This document shows, one piece after another, positions 13,763-25,207 of a DNA stretch of 64,000 nucleotides; position 1 is the first letter of the stretch; every line of letters begins with the position of its first letter. Position numbers and translations under genes: made by a program. The DNA is from an uncultured Verrucomicrobiae bacterium (GTDB taxonomy: Bacteria > Verrucomicrobiota > Verrucomicrobiia > Chthoniobacterales > Terrimicrobiaceae): NCBI GenBank assembly GCA_963706955.1, contig CAVPOC010000006.1, positions 224,001-288,000 on the forward strand, written 5' to 3'. Below the pieces are notes generated by a model. It ran no database searches. It was not told the origin of the DNA and was given only the letters and a program-made list of their open reading frames with translations.

Positions 13763-15085
13763 ATGACCTCAGTCTCAGAGTTCTCTTACGCGCGGCTCCA
13801 GGCACTCGCCAGGCGAGCATTCTTGGCCGAGAACGGGGCGCCTCGTCTTTCAGAATTGGAGATGCAAGCCAGGGTGTTCGCCGGGGAATTTGGCGTCTCC
13901 TGGCAGGGGGAGAGTGGTGAGAAAGTCGAAGTCGTTCACTTTGGGATTTGGAATCGCGAGCCCGGTCCGGATTTTTGCCGCGCTCTGGTCCTCATCGATG
14001 GTGAGAAATTTGCCGGAGACATTGAAATCGATCAGGACGCCAGGGATTGGGAAACCCATGGCCATTCTCAGAATCCGGCTTACGAAAACGTCGTCTTGCA
14101 TTTGTTCTTTCGCCGCGGGCAGCGGCGATTCTTTACAAGGACAGCACAAAACAAGGCGGTGACGCAGGTCTGTCTCACATTCAAGGTCGAGTCAAAATGC
14201 GCCGCCAGCAGACACGATGGGGTCCTCGACGAGGCGCGCGCGACAAAGTTGGTCGAAGCGGCGGCATCTTTCCGCCTTCGCCGCAAATGCGAAGTGTTCC
14301 AGCGTGCGGCGCGTCTCCGCGGCCATGAGGAGGCGCTTTTCGAAGCGGTTGCCGCCGCCATGGGCTTCAAAAATAATAAGATTCCGTTTCTGCTGGTGGC
14401 GCAGCGATCCAGCCTGGCGCGGGCGAAAATGGAAGACGGCGAGGCGCTCCTCTTCGGACTGGCCGGCTTTTTGAGCGCCGGCCATTTCGATCTGGGCGAC
14501 CGGGATGCCCGCGGCTATCTTAAACGTCTTTGGGAGCAGTGGTGGGCGGTTCGAGACCGAGAGCGTCGCCTCATCCTTCCTGAGCGCGCCTGGACCTATT
14601 CCGCTGTTCGGCCGGCGAATCATCCCCACCGTCGCATGGGCGCGCTCGCCGCCGCCGCCCGCTCCTTCGGCCCGATAAGAAGGGCCGTCGAGAAGGGAAA
14701 AGCTGCCGATTTCGCCGCTAGCATTTGCGTCGCTCGAGCATCCCTTTTGGGAGAAACATTCGAGCCTCGCCGGAGATCCTTTGGCGAAAGTGACCGCGCT
14801 CGTTGGTGACGACAGAGTGGTTGACCTTTCCATCAATGTTTTCCTACCGGCGCAGCCTTTCGAAGCTGCCTGGACGCATCTTTGTGCCACTGCCGGTCCC
14901 ACCCCAAATGGGAAGATCCTGCGATCATTGGAATGGCTTACCGGCCAGGCTCGGCCAGCGCATTTTACGATCGGCTATGTGCCAGCAGGGGCTGCTGCAG
15001 CTTGTGCGAGGATTTCCCGCATATGAGTTCTCTTGAAGTATGGCATAGCTTCACCCAGGCTTGGAAGCCGTCCGAAACTCCCTAA
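13763..15085 (+). CDS. DUF2851-family protein (frameshifts in the 3' part)
   Basis: G.WNREPGPDF, GDIEI..DWETHGHSQNPAYENVVLH and RPANHPHRR motifs. Confidence 0.8.
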
Positions 15086-15132
15086 CTTCCGAGCGAGTTT
15101 GGCGATCAATAAGAAGCAAGTTTTGAGGACTA

Positions 15133-16218
15133 ATGGGTGACTCTTTTTCAGAGACAATGGAAAGCTTGTGCAAAGCTGCTGAAGCTTACGAGGCTTCCGA
15201 TCTGCTTCTCCATGAGGATCGTCCTCCGTTGCTGCGAATCTCCGGAAAGCTTAGGGTACTCGAGTCCGCTCCGCTCAACGGCGCGTTCTTCGATGCGCTC
15301 CGCCGAGCCTGCGGTGCCACCGAAGAGGCTAAGGATTATGATTCGAGTTTTACTTCCGCAGAAGGCATTCGGTTCCGGGTAAACTTGCTTCGACAGCTTG
15401 GTCGACACGCGGCCGTCCTCCGCAGGATTCGTAGCGATATTCCGGATCTGGAAACGCTTGGTCTCCCGGCAGAAGTTCTCCGTGAATGGATCGCGCGAAA
15501 ATCCGGACTTGTCCTAATCTGTGGGCCGACCGGTTCCGGCAAGAGCACCACGCTGGCATCCTGCCTGGAATGGATGAATCAAGCACTTTGCCGCCATATT
15601 GTCACCATCGAGGATCCGATCGAATACCTTTTCGCAAATAGACAATGTCTGTTCACCCAGCGCGAGGTGGGAATTGATACCCCCAGCTTTGCGGAGGGGT
15701 TGCGCCGCTCGCTCCGACAAAGTCCCGACGTAATTCTGGTGGGCGAGATTCGGGATGCGGAGACTGCCATGACTGCGGCGCAAGCTTCCGAGACGGGCCA
15801 TCTTGTCCTCTCGACGCTGCATTCCTCGAGCTGCACGGATGCGATCGAACGGTTGCAATTCCTTTTTCCCGCCCCATCGCGCGACGGCGTTCGTCGAACG
15901 CTCGCCGGACAGCTCCTCGGAATTCTCTGTCAGCGCCTCTTGCCCGCGATTAGTGGTGGAATGATGGTGGCCGCCGAATATTTTTCCAATATCGGGGCGA
16001 TGCGAAAATATATTGTCGATGGAAGCATGGCAGACCTGGCGGACGGAATCAACCGGTCTTCCGCCGAGAATGCCCGAAGCTTCATCAGCTCCATTTCTAA
16101 GCTTGTCATCGATCGGCTTGTCTCCGAGGAGGTGGCCACCGCCGCGGCGGACAATCCGCAGGAACTAAGTCGCGCGCTGCGCGGGATTAGTTCGTCTGCG
16201 CAAGCGACGCGGCGCTAA
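15133..16218 (+). CDS. PilT/PilU-family type IV pilus retraction ATPase
   Basis: ASDLLL, GPTGSGKSTT, TIEDPIEY, QREVG, RQSPDVILVGEIRD and TGHLVLSTLH motifs. Confidence 0.92.
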   Translation: MGDSFSETMESLCKAAEAYEASDLLLHEDRPPLLRISGKLRVLESAPLNGAFFDALRRACGATEEAKDYDSSFTSAEGIRFRVNLLRQLGRHAAVLRRIRSDIPDLETLGLPAEVLREWIARKSGLVLICGPTGSGKSTTLASCLEWMNQALCRHIVTIEDPIEYLFANRQCLFTQREVGIDTPSFAEGLRRSLRQSPDVILVGEIRDAETAMTAAQASETGHLVLSTLHSSSCTDAIERLQFLFPAPSRDGVRRTLAGQLLGILCQRLLPAISGGMMVAAEYFSNIGAMRKYIVDGSMADLADGINRSSAENARSFISSISKLVIDRLVSEEVATAAADNPQELSRALRGISSSAQATRR

Positions 16219-16224
16219 TTTGCC

Positions 16225-17320
16225 ATGAACGAAGTTGACTTGGTAGAGTTGCTGACGAGTGTTGTCAATCTCGGGGCATCAGACCTGCACCTCACCGTTG
16301 ATGCGCCGCCGCTGGTGCGCCTGAATGGCGATCTTACTCCTCTCGGGGAGAGCACGCTTGGGCGTTGATGCGTGCCGGAATAGCGTGCTTGCGGTGCTCA
16401 CAGAAAGCCAGCGCTCGCGACTCGAAGATGAATGGGAATTGGATTTTGCCCTTCAAGTTGACGGACTGGGACGATTTCGCGGCAACGCGCATTATTGCCG
16501 TGGGGCATTGGAGGCGACCTTCCGCTATATCCCTCATCACATACCCGAGTTGGCTGAGTTGGGACACGGCCCAGCCGTGCAACGAATTTGCGAACTCCAG
16601 CGCGGCTTAGTCCTTGTCACCGGCGTGACTGGCTCGGGCAAAAGCACCACGTTGGCAGCAATGGTCAGGCATATCAGTCAACGGCTGGCCGGGGTGATCA
16701 TCACGATCGAAGATCCGATCGAATTCGTTTTTTCCAACGCGCGCAGCATCATCAAGCAACGCGAGGTGGGGAGCGACACGCGTTCATTCGCAGAGGCATT
16801 GCGTCACGCTTTGCGGCAGGATCCGGACGTGATCCTGGTGGGAGAGCTTCGCGATACTGAAACCATCAGTGCCACCGTGACTGCGGCGGAGACTGGCCAC
16901 CTTGTTCTCGGAACGCTCCACACTATTGACGCGCCTAAAGCTATCGACCGCATCGTGGATGCTTTCTCACCGGAGCAACAACCACAGATCATCGCTCAGC
17001 TAGCGAATGCATTGGAAGCGATCGTCTCTCAGCGGCTGCTTCCGGGTGAGTCGGGCGGCAGACGAGTGCTGGCCACCGAGATTCTCGCGGCGAATACAGC
17101 CGTTCGGGCGACTATCCGTGAACGCCGGTGGGAACAAATCGTCGGTCTGATCGAGATTGGCGCCAAGGATGGAATGCGCACGTTCGACGAATCACTTGCG
17201 GAGCTCTACCTCAGCCGGCAAATCAGCAAAGAGCAAGCCATCGCCAACGCGCGAGACAAGACACGCTTCGAAAATATGCTGCGAATGCAAACCGAAAAGA
17301 AGCGAGGCCTGCTTTGGTGA
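16225..17320 (+). CDS. pilT: Second PilT/PilU-family ATPase (frameshift near 16350)
   Basis: ATG at 16225 gives MNEVDLVELL...GASDLHL; then GVTGSGKSTT, RQDPDVILVGELRD and an AIRNLIRE-like AVRATIRE...GMRTFD segment. Confidence 0.85.
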
Positions 17321-19231
17321 GTCGTTCCCTTTTCACTCTCTTTCTTTTTGTTACTTTGGCGAGCTCGAGCGAAGCATGGGAGCTGCGGCGTCTGCCCACG
17401 TCGGCGGATCGAGCAAAGGTTTTCGCCGACGGCTGGAGCAGTTCGCGAGATTCTCTCGCCAGTGCGCTCGTGGCTGCTTACCAGCCGGGTGGGCCACGTC
17501 GACCGGGTAGCACCGGCGTGACCGCTTATCGAGCTTGGATGCATCTCTGGAAGTGGTGCGACCTGCTTTCGCGAAGTGAAAGAAAAGAGGCCGCACGCCT
17601 GGTGGCTGCTCATCTCAGAGTATAGGCCGAGCAGAAAGCCGGTGTTTTATCCTCCGGGAGATGTTCCGGATCCAGGTGCGCACGCAGTCGACGTTGAGCA
17701 AGCCAGTGAGATCCTTGGAGATGCTTTTGCTTCAGCCGAGCTCCTGGGCCGGCTACTGCCGGTCGACTTGGGCAATCCGACCGACCGGGCTATCGCTGAT
17801 AGTTTGGACCCGAGTATCCTCGTCGAATGGATCAACGACGAAGAGCTTACTCGTTTGCTCTTTGCATACCTCTCCGAAAGGGATTACCAACCGGGGGTTC
17901 TCAAACGCTTGCAGGAGATTCGCCTGGCGAACGCTCGGAGGTTCTCCGAGTACCGTGCCCTCGCGGTCGCACTCGCCATCGTCTATGATCAAGCCTGGCC
18001 GACGTTTTGGCCGCATCGGCAAGTGGATCCTTAGCTCGTTCCCATCGCTGCAATACCGGTCGCCCAATGGTTCAACTTTTGGATCGAAAGCAACGAATCA
18101 CGCGCCCTTATGCTTGACCTGCGAAAGCTTAGTCCGGATCAGATCAAGTATATCGTGGACGCACCGCTCGATCTTGCGGAGTTTCGCTGGGCCCGAAAAT
18201 ATGCAAAGTACCAGCGCTCTGAGTTCGCCAAGGCGTTTGACGCGGTTAGCTATTCACGAGCGCGCGCGACTTCTGGCGCCTTTGTTTGGAGCCAGGGCGA
18301 ATACACGTTGCAGAATCTTCGCCAGCAGGCGGGCATCTGTGTTGATCAGGCGTATTACGCAATGATTGCCGGCAAAGCGCACGGCTTGCCTACGCTATTC
18401 TTCACTGGACAGGGGTCACAAGGGGGCCATGCCTGGTTTGGCTATATGAAATCGGAGAATCGATGGGTGGTGGATTGCGGCCGCGACAAGAACCAGAACT
18501 ACGCCATTGGAGAGGCCTTGGACCCGCAAACGTGGCTGCCAATAAGCGATCATGACCTTAAATTTCAGGCAAAGGGTCTCCGCAACGGCCTCGAGTATTT
18601 CTCCTCCCAAGATGACATTCTCATCGGCCGCATGAGCGAATCGATGGGCGACAGTGTCACATGCCTTGAGGGCATATGAAAGTGCCATTCAAGTATGTCC
18701 TGAGAATGGCTCTGGATGGTCGGCCAAAGCGGAATACCTTCGCCGCAGCCAGGCGTCACTCCAGGTCCTCAAAGCTCACCATCAAGCAGCGGTTCAGCAG
18801 TTTCTGACAGATCGAGACATGCGAGTGACCCACCAGCTGGCAATCGCGAGAATCGCCAGAGAGCAGGGCGCCACTCAGGAAGCAGAAAGCCTCGAGCGCC
18901 AGATCATCGCACAGAATAAGCGGCGAGCGCTCCGACCTGAGCGTAAGCGTAGCCGCGCAGAAGATCATCACTCTGGTCGAGGCGAGGCGCTTTGACGACG
19001 CCTTCGCCGAGTATCGTCGTCAGTTGACCGCCATTGGGAAGCTCGGGGGCGGAAACTTTTTTTACGACATCGTCCAGCCGTACGTGGAAGCGGTCTCGGC
19101 GGCCGGCCAAGCAGCCCAAGCCAAAGAGGCGCTCGCTTTGGCGCGCAAGACGCTCAAGCCAGAAGCATGGCGGCATTCTCGAAGGCGATCTTAGCGAACT
19201 TGAAAAGTCGCTCGGCAATGGCTCCGAGTAG
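17317..19231 (+). CDS. Secreted protein with transglutaminase-like core and TPR-like C-terminus (multiple frameshifts)
   Basis: GTG start overlaps the pilT stop (GTGA); signal peptide; GICVDQAYYA...HAWFGY...WVVD; helical repeat-like tail. Confidence 0.65.
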
Positions 19232-19236
19232 CTAGC

Positions 19237-19518
19237 CTAGGCTGCTCTTTCCGGCGAGCGGATCTTCTCCTTCTCGCGCTCCCGCTTCTCTTCGAGGCGG
19301 GCAATCTCCGCCGAAAGCTGCTTGCGCAGCTCGGACCCGGCCTGAGGATCTCCGGCAGCCTTCCGCAGCTCATCCTCAAGGAAAAGTTTTCGTTCGGCGA
19401 TCTTCGCATTGATCTCGTTATCGATTTCCGCAAGTTTCGCTTTTTGTTCGTCTGTCAGCTTCTGGGTAGGGGACTCTTTTTCGAGCCGACTCATGGCAAG
19501 TTCAAACGCGGATTTCAT
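19237..19518 (-). CDS. Small conserved hypothetical coiled-coil protein
   Basis: MKSAFELAMSRLEKESP...LTDEQKAKLAEID; charged helical protein of about 93 aa. Confidence 0.75.
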   Translation of the reverse strand: MKSAFELAMSRLEKESPTQKLTDEQKAKLAEIDNEINAKIAERKLFLEDELRKAAGDPQAGSELRKQLSAEIARLEEKREREKEKIRSPERAA

Positions 19519-19633
19519 AGGTAAAGTATATTCAGCTTGCCCGATGATCGAAATGATTTTTCCGAGAATGCTCACCATCGTCTGCGGGCAGAGAGATTGG
19601 CGGTAATCGCGAAGCCGTGTAGCGTAAGCGACG

Positions 19634-20470
19634 ATGGCGCACAATCCGACTGCTCAGTACAGATTTTGATGGGACCTTGATCGCGATGGGATCACGTGGT
19701 CGTTGCTCGCGCCGATTTCGCAGCCGCTCTCGAGGAGCATAGAGACAACGGCGGGCTCTGGGCGATTAATACTGGCCGAACTCTCGATCACGCCATCGAT
19801 GGTCTCAAACTTTTCGATGCGCCGCTGGCGCCCGATTTTCTGCTGACTAATGAGCGGGAGATTTATCGGCGTGACGACGAGCGGAGACTGGGTGCCGCAC
19901 GGAGATTGGAATTCAGTCTCGCGTCAACGCCACGCCGAGCTCTTTAGAGGTGCCCTCGAGATGTTTGCCGTGGTTGAGCAACTCGCCCAAGAATCAGATT
20001 ACATTACAATTCTCTACGAAGATCAGCTTCCCGCCGGCTTGGTGACCAATTCAGAAGACGAAATGGAAATTGTCGCCGGCCAGATCCAGGATGCCGCCAA
20101 ACGATGGCCAGATTTCAGCTTTCAACGAAACAGCATCTACCTTCGCTTCTGCCATCGAGACTATCATAAGGGCTCAGCATTGGGAGAACTGTGTCGCTTG
20201 GAAGCAATTGAAATGCAGGATGTGCTCGCCGCCGGCGATCACTTCAATGACCTCGCCATGCTTGATGGCACATACGCTAAGAATACAGCCTGTCCTGCCA
20301 ATGCGATCGAACCGGTAAAAGAACTTGTCCGGCGCACTCAGGGATACGTCGCCGAAAAGTGCTGGGCCGATGGCGTGGCTGAAGCGCTCGCCTTCTATGG
20401 CACTTGGCGCACGAAGCGAAATGCTCCGCTCGAATTCCGGGGGGAAGTCGGGCTTACGCGCCCGGTTTGA
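19634..20470 (+). CDS. HAD-superfamily (class II) phosphatase (frameshifts near 19640 and 19875)
   Basis: IRLLSTDFDGTL (motif I), INTGR, KGSAL and AAGDHFNDLAML motifs. Confidence 0.85.
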
Positions 20471-20885
20471 GCCGATAGCGTCCGGCTCCGATACGCTGAA
20501 TCGTTCCAAGTTTCTTGCCGGTGCTGCTGAACCAAACATGAACATTTTGATTCTTCACACCAAGCTTCGAAGAGAGCTCTTTCACAGCGACACCTTTGTC
20601 ACCGGCAGCCGCAAGGCCGCGAGGATGCGGGCTTTCAGCGCGCCGCGTCTGCCGCCGGCCGCTTGAGCTCCGGAAAGCTTGCTCGCTCGAGTTGCCAGCC
20701 GGGAGCGCGCGACGGCGACCGCGGCCTCTTCTTCGCCGGCCGGTGGAGGGTTCGGACTTTCTGCCAGAATAGGCACCCGTAATGGCAGCTTCAATTCTCC
20801 TGAGTTCCTTGACGATGATGTCGCGCTTCTTCGTGAGCTTGACAAGTGCCTCAAGAGTTGAGGTAGTGATTTTTGAAAGGTCCAT
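20454..20885 (-). CDS. Small basic putative DNA-binding protein (coiled coil, Arg-rich linker, wHTH-like C-terminus)
   Basis: MDLSKITTSTLEALVKL...RRRRGRGRRR...GVAVKELSSKLGVKNQNVHVWF...GRYRL. Two compensating indels are likely in the middle. Confidence 0.65.
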   Translation of the reverse strand: MDLSKITTSTLEALVKLTKKRDIIVKELRRIEAAITGAYSGRKSEPSTGRRRRGRGRRRALPAGNSSEQAFRSSSGRRQTRRAESPHPRGLAAAGDKGVAVKELSSKLGVKNQNVHVWFSSTGKKLGTIQRIGAGRYRLKPGA

Positions 20886-20958
20886 AAGGTGTCTTACTTT
20901 AGCTAACACCTATGCCATAGTGCAAGCAAATAATTAGGCATGGATCCTTTTTTGGCAT

Positions 20959-21640
20959 GTGGAGTGGATTGATTATGACGGTGAGCATTTAGAAATTCCG
21001 GTGGGTGGGGTGCATCTATGGTTGATTGAGCCTTCGTCTATTTATGAGCGTTATTTGGATTCGGCGGAACTATTGCGTTATGAAAGGATTTTGAACCCGG
21101 AAGTAAGGACGAGTTACAGTTGTGCGCAGGGCGGTCTTCGGCGACTCGCGGGCATTTACATGCAGCGGCCTCCGGAACAAGTGGCTATGCGGCGCCAGGC
21201 ACGCGGCAAGCCTTATGTTGAGGGAGCTCCGGAGTTCAATCTATCGCACACGTGCGGAAGGACGATCGCGGCATTTTCCCTAGAGGCGATTGGCATTGAT
21301 GTTGAGTCCGCCGAGCCGAGCAGTGCATGCTGACGAGCTGGCGACGGAGATTCTTTTTTCAGGAGGAGACGGCGAGAGATTATGAGCCTCGATGAGGCGG
21401 AGAGAAAGCTAACATTTCTTCGTTATTGGGTCTGCAAGGAGGCGATGGTGAAATTGAGTGGAGATGGCATTTATCATGGTCTCAGATATGCCCGAGTGGA
21501 CTTAGCGGCTGATGGGCGGTCTCGTGGAACCTATCAAGGGCGAAAAGTCTCTCTGCTGGGAGTTTCGCCCGGCGCATGACTTGGTCGCAGCCTTGGCTTC
21601 GTGGAAGCCGGTCGAAGCAAAAGGCTTCTTTCGAATCTAG
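20959..21640 (+). CDS. 4'-phosphopantetheinyl transferase, Sfp-like (frameshifted)
   Basis: GKPY...FNLSHT...IGIDVE and F.RYWVCKEAMVKLSG.G motifs. Confidence 0.88.
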
Positions 21641-21663
21641 GAGGTGCTAAGGGAAGGGGAGGT

Positions 21664-22891
21664 ATGTCGTTTCAAAATCTTGGTTTGTCTGAGGCGCTGG
21701 TTCATGGAGTGCAAAGGATGGGCTACGTTGATCCGTCGCCGATTCAGCTTCGTGCGATCCCGCTGATTCTTTCGGGACGAGATCTTATTGCGTCCGCGCA
21801 GACCGGCACGGGAAAGACTGCGGCGTTTGGTCTGCCCCTGCTCTCTTTGTTGGATTCACCAAGCGGAGTTTCCCGCTGTCTAATTCTCGAGCCTACCCGC
21901 GAGTTGGCGATGCAGGTGGAGACGGCCTTCCGCGACTTTGCCAGATTTATGCATATTCGAGGTGGCTTTGATCCACGGGGGAGTTGGCTACGGCCGGCAA
22001 AACGAGGCTCTCAGCCGGGGCTTTGATGTCATCGTGGCCACACCGGGCAGGTTGCTCGATCACATGCAGCGCGGCGCGCTCAACCTCTCGCGGCTTGAAT
22101 TTCTCGTCCTCGATGAGGTCGATCGGATGTTGGACATGGGCTTTCTTCCCGATGTCCGGAGAATTGTCGAAGAATGTCCTAAGAAGAGGCAAACACTTCT
22201 CTTCTCGGCGACGATTCCTGAGGAAATTGAACGACTGGCGGCATGGTGTCTGCACAACCCGGTTAAAGTGGAAGTGGGGGTGAGGCGTTCCCCGGCGGAG
22301 ACAATCACGCATGCGCTCTATCCAGTTGCGGCCGCGCAGAAGTTCGAACTATTGACGGCACTGCTCGAACGGACGCAGTACGACAGCGTCTTGATTTTTT
22401 GCCGAACAAAGGAGGGGGCTGATCGCATCGCGAGACAGCTTAAGGCCGAGAATCACTCCCTGGCTGTGCTCCATTCCAACCGCACTCAACAAGAGCGCGT
22501 TGAAGCCCTTGAGGGATTCAAGAATGGGCGCTACGAGGTGATGGTTGCCACGGATATCGCGGCCCGAGGCATCGACGTTGCCGGAGTGAGCCACGTGATC
22601 AACTACGATGTTCCCCAACATCCCGAAGATTACGTCCATCGAATTGGGCGCACCGGGCGCGCGCAGAATGTCGGTGATGCTTTTACTATCATGACTGCCG
22701 AGGAGCTTCCGCACGTGAAGGAAATCGAGCACTTTATCGGTCAAAAAATTCCCCGGCTTAAGCTCGAAGGTTTCCCTTATATTTATTCGGCCATTTTCAA
22801 AGAGGAATCGGTCGAAGCCGCCTTGCGCAGCGCCAAGGGAGTCCGGACGCATCGCGGAATGTCGTTTGGAGTTCGTCGACGGCGTCGCTAA
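21664..22891 (+). CDS. DEAD-box RNA helicase, RhlE-like (frameshift near 21955)
   Basis: AQTGTGKT, PTREL, TPGRLLD, DEVD, FSAT, ARGID and HRIGRTGR motifs. Confidence 0.95.
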
Positions 22892-22946
22892 AGCTGCCAA
22901 ACGGTTATTCTTTTTGCTGAAGCTGGCATCTAAGCGCACGCCTAGC

Positions 22947-23744
22947 CTACTCATCGGCGGCGAAGTTGAAGGCAGCGCGCAGATCGGTATCGGAAATATC
23001 CCAAAGCATTTCGTTGTGCCCGGATCCAGAGAGCCGCCAGAGCTTCTTTGGTCCCGAGTAAGATTCGAAGAGTCTGCGGGTGGACTCCGCCGGAATAATA
23101 GTGTCGTCATCTGCCATGATCACGGAGACCGGTCCGTGAAACTCTTGCAGAGCGCGTGATGATTGGTAGCGGTCCTTAAGAATAAGGCCGCTAGGAACGA
23201 CGGGATAATGTTTCCGCGCGACTGTCATGAGAGAATCAAAAGGTGCCAGAAGCACAAGTCCGGCAACGGACTCCTTCTTGCGCGCGGCGGCCTGACAGGC
23301 AACACCGCTCCCGAGAGATTCACCCAGGAGAACGATGCGTCTCGGCAGCAGGTCGATTGCCTCAAGGGCGGCGGCCACGAGCGAGCTTTCTGTCGGCGTT
23401 CCTTGGCGGGCGCCGTAACCGGGATATTCAAGAATGTAGATCGGGGAAGTGATGCCGGCCTTCCGCAAACGTGAGACCACCGCGCTGCGATGAAAAGCAT
23501 GTCCGGCGTTCCCGTGTAAGATGAGGATCGGAACTCCTCGACCTTCTTGAGTGTGCCAGCCAATGAAACTTTGATCGGCGTTGCGCCAAGGAACAAGGCC
23601 CTCGCGGGCGGCCAGAGACTCCAGAGTCTCGAATCGCGCATGTGAGGGATAGTAGATGAGGCTTCGTTGAAGCGCATAGGCGAGCAGTGTTGCCGCTCCC
23701 AACAAGACCAACACGACACCTGCGATCCGCGTGGCCATCTCCAT
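22947..23744 (-). CDS. Alpha/beta hydrolase with N-terminal TM
   Basis: HGNAG, EYPGYG, nucleophile elbow GESLG, D in DDTII and H in GHNE. Confidence 0.9.
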   Translation of the reverse strand: MEMATRIAGVVLVLLGAATLLAYALQRSLIYYPSHARFETLESLAAREGLVPWRNADQSFIGWHTQEGRGVPILILHGNAGHAFHRSAVVSRLRKAGITSPIYILEYPGYGARQGTPTESSLVAAALEAIDLLPRRIVLLGESLGSGVACQAAARKKESVAGLVLLAPFDSLMTVARKHYPVVPSGLILKDRYQSSRALQEFHGPVSVIMADDDTIIPAESTRRLFESYSGPKKLWRLSGSGHNEMLWDISDTDLRAAFNFAADE

Positions 23745-23910
23745 GGATAACGCTGGCGAAATCTCATGCCGGCGCAAGAGGTAAGCTCCTGTTACCAGGA
23801 CCCTCGATGTCCGTAGGAGTTTTTGCACGGCACTTCGGGCTTGATCCAGCGCCAAGCCTGGTCACGAAAGCTTGAAATCGGGCGTCCTTGCGGTAAAGGA
23901 AGGCGATCTG

Positions 23911-23947
23911 GCGCGATTAGCTCAGCGGTAGAGCGCCTGCTTCACAC
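23911..23947 (+). pseudogene. 5' half of host tRNA-Val(CAC), attL-like junction
   Basis: GCGCGAT TA GCTC AGCGGTA GAGC G CCTGC TTCACAC, followed by non-tRNA sequence (AGAGAAAA). Confidence 0.92.
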
Positions 23948-24305
23948 AGAGAAAACAGGGTATAGACGGAAGCGGACTATTGTGGACAATAGGTTAGGGG
24001 AGAAATGCTTAAAATTGATTTCCCGGCAGTTCCATAAATTTCAAAATGGACCAAAATAGCCTCAAATTTCCTTTGCCGGTGTAGACAACGGTATTGATAG
24101 GAAGAAGCCCTACGCTCCCATCTGCAAGAGCTGCCTCCACCGCTCGAATGACCCCTTTGAAGCCCCGGTTCATCGCCTCTTTGTAGCTTGCCCTTACCGA
24201 TGCCTCGACGTTGTGGCCGGACTTGTGCCGTGCTCAAGGCAGTATCGGAAAGAGCGCCGTGATTGGAAGAAGAAAACGGCGAAATCGGCGGATGAGACCT
24301 TAACG

Positions 24306-24818
24306 TCACTTCGTCGCAGCAGGCGGGGGCTGCGCTGGAGTTGTGTTGGCGATGACCATCCGCTTTTTCCAAACACCGCCGTCACGTACAGCTATCGATG
24401 CATGATGGCCCTTGGCATGTACGGGTTCCCCTCCCTTGGCTTGCCAAGTCATAGTCCATTCCCCGTTTTCCCATATCTCATTGCCATCGCCTATGGCGTG
24501 GGGAGAATTCGAATTCGGATCGTTGTACGTGGTGTGATTGTCGCTAAAATGCACATTTTGCATGACGTCTTTGTAATGCTTCTCGATTGCCTCCCGACCG
24601 TATATTGGTCCTGATGCCTCTATCAGAACAGCGTCATCCGTGTAGAGCGCAGCCAGAGCAGTGGCATCGTTGTTGTTCCATGCATCTTCGAATTTCTTAG
24701 CGAGTGCGAGAAGCGCCTCCCGTAGCTGTGGATCTGGGTTTTCAGTTTGTTGGGCAAGGGTCGGCCAAGCAAAGCTGATTGCCAGCCCTATAAGGGTAGT
24801 GACCAAGCGGATTTTCAT
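24306..24818 (-). CDS. Secreted NTF2-like (SnoaL/DUF4440/SgcJ-type) protein
   Basis: Signal peptide; FEDAWNNNDATALAALYTDDAV...GREAI...GEW...RDGGVWK pattern. Confidence 0.85.
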   Translation of the reverse strand: MKIRLVTTLIGLAISFAWPTLAQQTENPDPQLREALLALAKKFEDAWNNNDATALAALYTDDAVLIEASGPIYGREAIEKHYKDVMQNVHFSDNHTTYNDPNSNSPHAIGDGNEIWENGEWTMTWQAKGGEPVHAKGHHASIAVRDGGVWKKRMVIANTTPAQPPPAATK

Positions 24819-25135
24819 AGTCTTCTCCGGTGCTTAGGATGATTTGTCGTCTTACGTTGTCAGTGCCCTGAACGACGCTTCAAATGGATGCCTTGGATAT
24901 TCGGGTTCAATGAGAATCGCTCCAGCGAAAAGCGCCGGTGCGCTGAGGCCCGGATCTCTCACGAAATCTCGGTCAAGAGTTCCCCACCTCCTCAAGGTCT
25001 TTTTGCGCTGTGTCAAATGGCATCGAGAAGCCGCTGGGAATTCATATCGTGAAAATAGACGATGGTGGAGAAACGGCACAGGGGAATCTTTTACCTTGAA
25101 TGGTACTTTTGAGATTTTAGGGTATCCCGATCTTT

Positions 25136-25207
25136 GGACGCTTAGCTCAGCGGTAGAGCATCGCCTTCACACGGCGGGGGTCGTAGGTTCGAACCCTACA
25201 GCGTCCA
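25136..25207 (+). tRNA. tRNA-Val(CAC), intact, island-borne (no encoded CCA)
   Basis: Acceptor GGACGCT/AGCGTCC, D arm GCTC/GAGC, anticodon arm TCGCC-TTCACAC-GGCGG, T arm GTAGG-TTCGAAC-CCTAC, discriminator A. Confidence 0.96.

Noticed and set aside
23977..24372. Possible integrase remnant beside the left att site
   Set aside because: No R-H-x-x-R...Y or serine-recombinase motif in the frames I read; at most a broken small hypothetical ORF ending GFKG..FERWRQLLQMGA at 24110.
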